This document shows, piece after piece, positions 57,001-64,000 of a stretch of 64,000 nucleotides of DNA (positions within the stretch are counted from its first letter, which is position 1; each line of letters begins with the position of its first letter). The stretch is from Patescibacteria group bacterium. Lineage in GTDB: Bacteria > Patescibacteriota > Patescibacteriia > Magasanikbacterales > GWA2-37-8. The notes under the pieces are model-generated. The model was given only the letters and a program-made list of their open reading frames with translations. It was not told where the DNA came from and did not search any database. Position numbers and translations under genes: made by a program. The stretch spans positions 197,022-261,021 of the forward strand of contig JBAZNA010000001.1 of assembly GCA_041649475.1 (NCBI GenBank), in the 5' to 3' direction.

Positions 57001-57032
57001 GACGACCCGCAAGGGCCGTCTTTTAATATATC
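57001..57032. terminator. bidirectional intrinsic terminator AAAAGACGACCC-GCAA-GGGCCGTCTTTT
   Basis: 12-bp stem with one mismatch and a GNRA loop, flanked by A/T runs; serves the ncRNA (+) and the convergent 57040..58578 gene (-). Confidence 0.6.
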
Positions 57033-57039
57033 CGCGGAT

Positions 57040-58578
57040 TTATGATGTTCCCGGCGCCATCGTTGGTTGCTGTTGCATCATCGGCTGTTGTGGTTGTTGT
57101 GGCATGTATTGTTGCATTCCCTGCGGCATTTGTACTTGTTTAAATTGTTGCGGCCCTTGTTCCCAAGGCATTATTTCTCCTTCTTGTCCGGTCAGTTCAT
57201 TAACCTTATTGCCAAAATCCTGTCTTAAATTTTCTAAGTCATCCAGGGCTGATGTAATCGTATCAACATCATAATTTTTACTCGCAATCAAATCTTTTAT
57301 TTCCTGTCCTTTTACTTTTATTTCATCCAGAATTGGTACAAGTTCGGATGTGTCTATCTTCTTTTTCTTTAATTGATTGATTGTTTGTTGCGCTTGATTG
57401 ACACTTTGTTTAAAGGTGGAATTGAAACTGCCCAGGTTACCCATCATCATTATAATCTGGTCATTCTGCATTATGTCATCCATTTGGCCGAAGAAATCAT
57501 TTTCCACGGTATCAAACGCGCCCTGTGAATCATCGGTGGCCATTTTGCTTACCGCGTCCGCTTTAACCGCTTTGAGTTTATTAACCGCCTCTTCAAATGC
57601 GTTGTAAACACTTTGGATGTCTATGCCCTTCTTAACTAATTTATCAGTGATTTGTTTGGCGCGTTTGAGCTCACGGGTAAGCATGGTGAGCTGTTTGTCC
57701 ATCTGTTTTAAGGTTTGCGGCCAGCGAGCCAGCATCTCCAGTGTCTGACGGTCTTGGTTTAAATTTTCCATTGCTTCAGACATTGAATTGAAATCAATAT
57801 CATTCAACTGATCGGCGGTGGTCGCGTTTTTTATACTGTTAATAATATTCCTTAGGTTAAGAATATTTTCTTGGGTGTTGGTCGGAATGGATATTTTTTG
57901 TTTTTGGAATTTGGCCACTTGTTTTTCAAACATATTAAGCTGCGATTCCATGCCTTTGATATTTCGTTTCATGTCCTGCAATCTTTGGTTTGCCTGAAAA
58001 ACATCCTGCCTATATTGGTCTAAGGATTGTGACAGATCCTGCATCTCGCCCATATCAACATTTTGCATTTCTTCCATGGTGCTCACATTGGAAGCGGCCG
58101 CGACCAAATCTTTTAATTTAACCAAATTTTGTTTGATATCATCCGGTACGGTGATTCCGCTTTTCTCCGATTGGGCTATCATCCGGTCGTATTCTTTAAT
58201 GGATCGTTGCAGTTGTTTTATACTATTTTTTATTTGTTTAAGCTGTTGTTCCGGACTTGGACCATAATTCGGTTGTTGCGGCGGCTGTTGTGGGGGTTGT
58301 GGTTGTGGCTGTGGTTGTGGCTGTGGTTCAGGACCCGGCTGTTGCGGGCCAGGGTTGGGCTCCGGAGATGGTTGAGGTGGAGTCGGGGGAGTTGGTTCGG
58401 GGGGAGCCGGAGCAATGACTTGTTGCTCTTCCGCTGAAGTATTGTTGGTGCCTAGCGTGCTTAAAAAGTTTTTTAATATTTGCGGAAGTTCTATATAAAA
58501 AGCTTTGGCTGGCATGGCAAATGAAAAAGTCACGGCCATGGCCACGGTTAGAATAGAAATGTTTATTATTTTTTTCAT
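57040..58578 (-). CDS. secreted hypothetical protein with Pro/Gln-rich linker and coiled-coil regions
   Basis: Signal peptide, then PEPTPPTPPQPSPEPNPGPQQPGPEPQPQPQPQPQPPQQPPQQ, with Q/M/P-rich C-terminus. The DNA at about 58290..58330 is a (CAGCCACAACCA)-type tandem repeat. Confidence 0.45.
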   Translation of the reverse strand: MKKIINISILTVAMAVTFSFAMPAKAFYIELPQILKNFLSTLGTNNTSAEEQQVIAPAPPEPTPPTPPQPSPEPNPGPQQPGPEPQPQPQPQPQPPQQPPQQPNYGPSPEQQLKQIKNSIKQLQRSIKEYDRMIAQSEKSGITVPDDIKQNLVKLKDLVAAASNVSTMEEMQNVDMGEMQDLSQSLDQYRQDVFQANQRLQDMKRNIKGMESQLNMFEKQVAKFQKQKISIPTNTQENILNLRNIINSIKNATTADQLNDIDFNSMSEAMENLNQDRQTLEMLARWPQTLKQMDKQLTMLTRELKRAKQITDKLVKKGIDIQSVYNAFEEAVNKLKAVKADAVSKMATDDSQGAFDTVENDFFGQMDDIMQNDQIIMMMGNLGSFNSTFKQSVNQAQQTINQLKKKKIDTSELVPILDEIKVKGQEIKDLIASKNYDVDTITSALDDLENLRQDFGNKVNELTGQEGEIMPWEQGPQQFKQVQMPQGMQQYMPQQPQQPMMQQQPTMAPGTS

Positions 58579-58591
58579 AAGGTTTAGTTTT

Positions 58592-59539
58592 TTATTTGAC
58601 CCCGGATTGGTCCAGGGCAGTACGGATAATTTGAGCCGACCTTTTAAATTTTTTTAATTCTTCATTGTTTAATTTTATATCCAGCACTTTTTTTATGCCG
58701 GTGCGGCCAACTGTGCTGGGCAAAGAGATACAGACATCTTTTACGCCATATTGTCCGCTCATTAGGGAAGAAACCGAGTAAGCATGATCTTCGTCATTTA
58801 TAATTGATTTAACAATGCGGGCAACAGCGGCGGCGATTCCATAGTAGGTGGCGCCTTTTTTACGGATAATTTCCTGGGCTGAGTCCCTGGTTCGGGTATA
58901 AGCGGCGGCAACTGTTTTTTTATCGTATTTAGGCAGGGAAGCAATATTTTCTCCCATAACATTGGCATGGGAATAAACCGGCACTTCGCTGTCGCCATGT
59001 TCGCCGATTAAATACGCGCCCATGCTATGCGGGTCAACATTGAATTTTTTTGCCAATAAATAGCGGAAACGGGAAGAATCCAAAGTTGTGCCGGTGCCAA
59101 AGACCTGGTTTTTTGGGAATTTTGAAACTTTTAACGCGGTATAGGTCAAAACGTCCAAGGGATTTGTGACCATCAGAATAATGGCGTCTTTAGTATATTT
59201 GCAGACATTCTTTACTACTTCGGTAATAATTTTGACATTTGTTTTTGCCAATTCCAGTCGGGTTTGGCCCGGTTTTTGGTTTATACCGGCGGCAATCACC
59301 ACCACATCGGCGTCTTTACAATCTTTATAGTCGCCGGCCCAAACGTGGGAGTCCGGCGCAAAGGAAATGGCATGTTCTATGTCCAGCGCCTCGCCTTCAC
59401 ATTTCTTTTTGTTTACGTCAATCAAGACAATTTCCGAAGCTACGCCTTCAATCATCATAGTGTAGGCGGCGGTTGAGCCGACAAAACCCGTGCCGATTAC
59501 CACCACGCGGGTTGACTCCATTTTTTTTGGTTTGGGCAT
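58592..59539 (-). CDS. ldh: L-lactate dehydrogenase (LDH/MDH superfamily)
   Basis: Rossmann motif VVVIGTGFVG, substrate loop GINQKPGQTRLEL (Gln at the LDH-specificity position), and IGEHGDS catalytic-His motif. Confidence 0.75.
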   Translation of the reverse strand: MPKPKKMESTRVVVIGTGFVGSTAAYTMMIEGVASEIVLIDVNKKKCEGEALDIEHAISFAPDSHVWAGDYKDCKDADVVVIAAGINQKPGQTRLELAKTNVKIITEVVKNVCKYTKDAIILMVTNPLDVLTYTALKVSKFPKNQVFGTGTTLDSSRFRYLLAKKFNVDPHSMGAYLIGEHGDSEVPVYSHANVMGENIASLPKYDKKTVAAAYTRTRDSAQEIIRKKGATYYGIAAAVARIVKSIINDEDHAYSVSSLMSGQYGVKDVCISLPSTVGRTGIKKVLDIKLNNEELKKFKRSAQIIRTALDQSGVK

Positions 59540-59588
59540 AAAAAAAGCATTATATTATTATAATGCCTTTATTATACAGGATTTATTC

Positions 59589-61373
59589 CTATACCTCAAT
59601 AACTACCGGCAGCACCATCGGACGTTTCTCGGTCTTGCTGAATAGGAACTGACCGACGTAATCGCGGATTTTGTTCCGGATATAATTGGTGTCTGCCCAA
59701 GACAGGGGATCAGAATCAATCACCAGCTTTTTTACGCGGTGGCGCAGATCCTCAATTAGTTCTTTATTCTCTTTTAAGAACACGAACCCGCGCGAGATGA
59801 TGTCAGGGTTTTGAATCAGTTTGCCGGTTTTGCTGTCAACGGTTGCAATAATTACAATCATTCCGTCTTCAGCCAATACCTGCCGGTCGCGCAAGACAAT
59901 GTTGGTTTCATCGCTTACGCCGAGCCCGTCAACGAACACATAATCAGCCGGCAGTTTTGTGGAAGTCATTTTACCGCTGCCATGCGAGAATTCAATCACT
60001 TGTCCGTTATCGGCAATGAAAATGTTTTCTTTGGGGAAACCCATCGACTGGGCGACTTTTGCATTGTAATGCAGTAAGAAGTGATTGCCTTCAATTGGAA
60101 TGAAGTATTTCGGATTTATCAACCTGATCATCAGTTTTACGTCATCAGATTTGGCATGGCCGCCGGCATGGACGTCCATCATTTGATAATGGATAACTTC
60201 CGCGCCTTTTCTAAACAGCGTGTCTTTCAAACGTTGGACAGTTCTTTCATTTCCCGGAATAACTGACGAAGAGAAAACAACCGTGTCGCCCGGGGTCAGA
60301 CGGATAAACCGGTGTTCGCCGCTCGCAATACGCATTAGCGATGCATTTTTTTCTCCCTGCGCGCCGGTGCAGATTATCACCACTTTGTTATCCGGATAAT
60401 CGCTGACTTTGTTTAGGTCAATTAAGGTTTTGGGAGAAAACTGCATGTAGCCGAGCTCTTTGGCTATGCCGACATTGCTTTTCATGCTGAAGCCGTCAAG
60501 CGCAACTATTTTACCCAGCTTTTCCGATATTTCAATAATCTGTTTGATACGGGAAAGCAGGGAAGAGAAAGTACCGATGATTAATCGTCCCGGCGCCTTG
60601 GAGATGATTTCATCCAGGTTGGTGCCGATTTCCATTTCGGAAATCTGGTGTCCGGGCTGGGAGGCATTGGTGCTGTCGCTTAAGAGTGCGAGCACACCTT
60701 GAGAGCCGATGCGGGCAATTTTCTGTAAGTCCGCCGGCTGTTCGCCTGATGGCTGATAATCAAATTTCCAATCGCCGGTGTGAACAATGACGCCCTCCGG
60801 AGTGTGGATCACCACACCCATTGAATCGGGAATATTGTGGTTTAAGTGGAAAAATTCCAACTCAAAACTTCCCAGCGTCAGTTTGTCATCAACGTTTAAA
60901 TTATTAATGTTGAGCGGGCGCAGGCCTTTGTAATCCTCTTGTCGCTTTTTGATAATCGCGTTGGTGAGCGGCAAGGCGTAAATCGGCGGGTATCCCAGTT
61001 GCGGAATCAAATGGGGGATGCCGCCGATATGGTCATAGTGGGCGTGCGTGATGATAACGCCGCGAATATGTTTTTCTTTGCCTTTGAGATAGCTCATGTT
61101 TGGAATGATGTAATCAATCCCGGGCATGTCTTCTTCGGGGAACTGCAAGCCCATGTCAATGATGATAATATCGCCATTGTATTCCAAAAGCGTGCAGTTG
61201 CGTCCGACTTCTTCCAGGCCGCCCAGCACGGCGATTTTTAATTTTGTTTCATCGCCGCGAAAGCGCGCGAAAGACGGGCCTCTTGGGGCCGGAACCGGTT
61301 GTCTGGGTCTTGCGTCCGTGTGATACGTCCGCTTGCCCCTACTGGATTTTTGTGTTTGTGTGTATCTGATCAT
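59589..61373 (-). CDS. rnj: ribonuclease J
   Basis: MBL motif ITHAHYDHIGG, beta-CASP domain, and a C-terminal domain; an N-terminal basic extension is present. Confidence 0.85.
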   Translation of the reverse strand: MIRYTQTQKSSRGKRTYHTDARPRQPVPAPRGPSFARFRGDETKLKIAVLGGLEEVGRNCTLLEYNGDIIIIDMGLQFPEEDMPGIDYIIPNMSYLKGKEKHIRGVIITHAHYDHIGGIPHLIPQLGYPPIYALPLTNAIIKKRQEDYKGLRPLNINNLNVDDKLTLGSFELEFFHLNHNIPDSMGVVIHTPEGVIVHTGDWKFDYQPSGEQPADLQKIARIGSQGVLALLSDSTNASQPGHQISEMEIGTNLDEIISKAPGRLIIGTFSSLLSRIKQIIEISEKLGKIVALDGFSMKSNVGIAKELGYMQFSPKTLIDLNKVSDYPDNKVVIICTGAQGEKNASLMRIASGEHRFIRLTPGDTVVFSSSVIPGNERTVQRLKDTLFRKGAEVIHYQMMDVHAGGHAKSDDVKLMIRLINPKYFIPIEGNHFLLHYNAKVAQSMGFPKENIFIADNGQVIEFSHGSGKMTSTKLPADYVFVDGLGVSDETNIVLRDRQVLAEDGMIVIIATVDSKTGKLIQNPDIISRGFVFLKENKELIEDLRHRVKKLVIDSDPLSWADTNYIRNKIRDYVGQFLFSKTEKRPMVLPVVIEV

Positions 61374-61426
61374 ATATATTAATGAATTAAGAAGCCAAAA
61401 TATAATTTTGGAGTTTATTTAAATTG

Positions 61427-61508
61427 TGGGCGAGGAGGGATTTGAACCCTCATGACCGAAGTCATACGCTTCTGAGACGTACGCGTATACCAATTCCGCC
61501 ACTCGCCC
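61427..61508 (-). tRNA. tRNA-Leu (anticodon CAG), type II with long variable arm
   Basis: Acceptor GGGCGAG/CTCGCCC, anticodon stem TACGT/GCGTA with loop CTCAGAA, variable arm TGACTTCGGTCA, T-arm GAGGG-TTCAAAT-CCCTC. Confidence 0.8.
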
Positions 61509-61513
61509 TGAAG

Positions 61514-63415
61514 TTAGTTAAATTTCCAATGCCTGGTGGTTTTGATGTACCAGTTATTTAGATCATTATATCTGTCTGACGGTGAAACGATTTTATCTAA
61601 ATTTATTCCCCGCACTTCTTTGCTCACCGTGAAAGTGTAACTGGGTGTATACAAGAAGACAGCCGGAACGTCTTTGTTTAATGTGTTTTGAAAATCAGTA
61701 TACAAACTGGCGCGCTTACTGTCGTCTGTGGTTGATCTGGCCTCTTCAAGTATCTTATCAGCGCTCCTGTTGGAATACAAGGCCAAATTAAGACCCGGAT
61801 AATCAACTTGTGAGGAGTGCCAAAATGGATACGGATCCGGATCACCGCCAACTATTTCTCCATAGAGAATAACTTGATAATTGCGGTCTTTAATATTTGT
61901 TTTGGCAATTTCATGGCTGTCAACGTATTCTATTTTGGTTTGCACGCCAATGGCCTGCCACATTTTGGCTATGGACTCCGCGGCCTGATGATATTCCGGA
62001 GTGTCGGCTGTGGTAATCGTCAGTGTTAAAATATTGTTATTTTTATCTTCCCGGTAAAACGCCTGGCCGCTGTCCATTTCCTGGCGCGCCGCGTCGCCGA
62101 CTTCCTTTTGAATCTGTTCTATAGAAGAAGTGGCGTCCAGAGTTGTGGTTGAGGCGCGAATGTCATCTATTTCTGTCTGTCTGGTTTTAAGCAGGGCGTT
62201 ATATTTTAATTTGTAATAATCCTCCGGTTGGATGCGCTTCCATTTTTTATCCAGCAGGGTATTGGCCTTATCTATATCAAAAGCAATTGATTGTATTTTG
62301 TTGGAGAAGCCGACTTGACCGCGCAAAATCGGTGAATTTATTACTTCGCCATTGCCGCCCGTGGCGTCACTGGCAACTTTGTCTTTATTTATAGCCAGAG
62401 CCAAAGCATTTCGCAGGTCGCTATCCTGCAGATCAGCAGCAAAATTTTGGTTGAAAAATAAAGCGGTATATTGGGGCAATTGCAGTTTATGAAGTTCAAA
62501 ATTTTTATTGCCGATTTTATCGGCCAAATCCTGCGGAATGAAACTCAAAGCCATTATGTCCTGGCCCTTTAGAGCGCTGGCCGCTTGCGTGTAATCGGTA
62601 TAAAATTTAAAAGTGATTGTCTTCAGGTATGGCTGTTTTTGGTAATAATATTTGTTATGGACCAAAACATAATCTTGCAGATTGCCGTTTGAATCTTTTA
62701 TTAATTTATCAAACATCCACGGTCCGGTGCCTACCGGCTGTAGATTTTGTTGAGCCAGCTTAATGCTTGCCGGAGGGACATCCGACCAGGTGTGCTGGGG
62801 CAAAATGCCGACAGTCAAACTGCTTAAGAATGGCGCGTAAGGATTTTTTAAAATAAAGCGTATGGAATAATCGCCGGTTTTTTCAATCTGCACTCCCTGA
62901 AAAGCAGGATAGAGCGGGCTGTTTACTTCCGGATTTTCAATTGTTTCAAAAGTAAACAATACGTCATCGGCCGTAAAATTTTCACCGTCAGACCAGTGAA
63001 TATTTTGTTTTAAATTTATATCGTAAATTTTTCCGTCGGCGCTGATTTTATAATCAGTGGCCAGATCAGCGACCAGATTTTGGTTGTTGTCGTATTTGAA
63101 AAGTCCGGAGTAGATCAAATAGGTGATATCGGCGTCTACGTCATCGGTTGAGGAAAAGACCGGATTTATAAATTGCGGCTGGCCGATCAGACCCTCGCTG
63201 TAATCTCCGCCGGAGGCGGGGACGATGGTGTTGTTGTTGATAAAGAGTAGAACCACAAACGCGGCGAGGGCGCAAACCATCATCAGGGACATCAGTAAGA
63301 TAATTTTTTTCTCAAATTTTGTTAAAAACCGCGGCAAGTATTTTAGTTGCGCGAAGTTGGGAAAAAAATGATGCCTAACCCGCTTGAGTAACTTTTTGTC
63401 AAGATCCGAGTTCAT
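61514..63415 (-). CDS. ABC transporter substrate-binding protein, family 5 (oligopeptide/dipeptide-binding, OppA-like)
   Basis: 633 aa with an N-terminal TM anchor and a large periplasmic-type SBP_bac_5-like domain. Confidence 0.65.
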   Translation of the reverse strand: MNSDLDKKLLKRVRHHFFPNFAQLKYLPRFLTKFEKKIILLMSLMMVCALAAFVVLLFINNNTIVPASGGDYSEGLIGQPQFINPVFSSTDDVDADITYLIYSGLFKYDNNQNLVADLATDYKISADGKIYDINLKQNIHWSDGENFTADDVLFTFETIENPEVNSPLYPAFQGVQIEKTGDYSIRFILKNPYAPFLSSLTVGILPQHTWSDVPPASIKLAQQNLQPVGTGPWMFDKLIKDSNGNLQDYVLVHNKYYYQKQPYLKTITFKFYTDYTQAASALKGQDIMALSFIPQDLADKIGNKNFELHKLQLPQYTALFFNQNFAADLQDSDLRNALALAINKDKVASDATGGNGEVINSPILRGQVGFSNKIQSIAFDIDKANTLLDKKWKRIQPEDYYKLKYNALLKTRQTEIDDIRASTTTLDATSSIEQIQKEVGDAARQEMDSGQAFYREDKNNNILTLTITTADTPEYHQAAESIAKMWQAIGVQTKIEYVDSHEIAKTNIKDRNYQVILYGEIVGGDPDPYPFWHSSQVDYPGLNLALYSNRSADKILEEARSTTDDSKRASLYTDFQNTLNKDVPAVFLYTPSYTFTVSKEVRGINLDKIVSPSDRYNDLNNWYIKTTRHWKFN

Positions 63416-63438
63416 TGAAGAAGATTTAAAATTGAGTT

Positions 63439-63654
63439 TTATAAGGCGAGGCGCAGTAAGGAAACGCCAAAGAAAATTATGGAAATAACAATCGTGCCGG
63501 TATGAAGAATTTTATCAACCCCCCGTTTGGTGCTGTAGATGTTGCTTGAACCGCCGAACACCCCGCCCAGTCCGGTGCCTTTTTGCTGGATAAGAATAAC
63601 CGCCACTAAGAAAGCCGCTAGAATGATTTGAATGATGTTAAAAAAAGTGTCCAT
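63439..63654 (-). CDS. secG: preprotein translocase subunit SecG
   Basis: MDTFFNIIQIILAAFLVAVILIQQKGTGLGGVFGG matches the SecG consensus (...LIQ.GKGGGLG..FGG). The ORF-track start at 63705 adds 17 N-terminal residues and is probably spurious. Confidence 0.65.
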   Translation of the reverse strand: MDTFFNIIQIILAAFLVAVILIQQKGTGLGGVFGGSSNIYSTKRGVDKILHTGTIVISIIFFGVSLLRLAL

Positions 63655-63782
63655 AGAAGTATTAAATGATGTATACAGTATATCACTAATTTGGAAATTT
63701 GTCAATGTTACGGTGGAGATCTTGTATTTTTACTCATTTGTATGTATAATACCGCAAATGCAAACATAACCTCTTCTTTAAT

Positions 63783-64000
63783 ATGGCAGACACCAACGGC
63801 ATAAATTTAAAATGGTATCAAAAGTGGTGGGGAGTATCGCTTATAGGTTTGATTGGTTTGGTGTCTGTAGCTTTAATTGTTTTCTTGGCTTTAACCGGTA
63901 AATATTGGTGGGATATCAAGCATGGCAAAGCAGAATTTTTAGCTCAAACCTTCTATTCTGGTTTTGCCAAGTCAACCTCAATTGCGGGTAACTCTAAAAT
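63783..64000 (+). CDS. hypothetical membrane protein, 5' part (runs off the window end)
   Basis: ATG at 63783, then MADTNGINLKWYQKWWGVSLIGLIGLVSVALIVFLALTGKYWWDIKHGK..., open to the window end. Confidence 0.3.
   Translation, partial: MADTNGINLKWYQKWWGVSLIGLIGLVSVALIVFLALTGKYWWDIKHGKAEFLAQTFYSGFAKSTSIAGNSK

Noticed and set aside
58290-58330. Short tandem DNA repeat (CAGCCACAACCA-like units)
   Set aside because: It encodes the PQPQ linker of the secreted protein 57040..58578. It is a coding low-complexity repeat, not a CRISPR or satellite feature.
1-64000. CRISPR arrays, cas genes, transposases, integrases, phage structural genes
   Set aside because: No regularly spaced direct repeats or recognisable mobility or defence enzymes were found by eye on either strand. 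The compositional islands lack any mobility gene.

Overview
The window reads as a low-GC, gene-dense bacterial chromosome segment with Gram-positive-like and reduced-genome traits: sortase/LPXTG, RNase Y, RNase J, HU, a type IV pilin, ComEC, many large secreted hypothetical proteins. It may be Patescibacteria/CPR-like; that is an inference. Recognisable backbone genes are a Clp ATPase (partial), phosphohexomutase, HtpX-LemA, rseP, pheS-pheT, dnaE, tsaD, tRNA-Met, tRNA-Glu, an FAD-linked oxidase, an LPXTG surface protein with sortase, a PQQ-type dehydrogenase, SGNH hydrolase plus acyltransferase-3, pilin, HU, rny, truB, infB, trxA, leuS, a split ComEC, an L,D-transpeptidase, thrS, miaB and miaA, two very large secreted/membrane proteins, a polysaccharide glycosyltransferase operon, an RNase P RNA-like ncRNA, ldh, rnj, tRNA-Leu, an oligopeptide-binding protein and secG. 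The most striking signal is seven visibly G+C-rich small ORFs. Each sits alone in an intergenic gap, and almost all have their own sigma70-like TTGAC(A/C)-N16-18-TAnnnT promoter, a canonical AAGGAG(G) RBS and a hairpin terminator. None interrupts a native gene, and no integrase, transposase or flanking repeat is present. One of them lies directly upstream of a roughly 350-nt structured RNA with RNase P RNA-like conserved blocks. A very AT-rich membrane-protein gene sits between miaB and miaA. No CRISPR array, transposase or integrase was seen. All calls were made by eye from the sequence and the ORF track; no searches were run.
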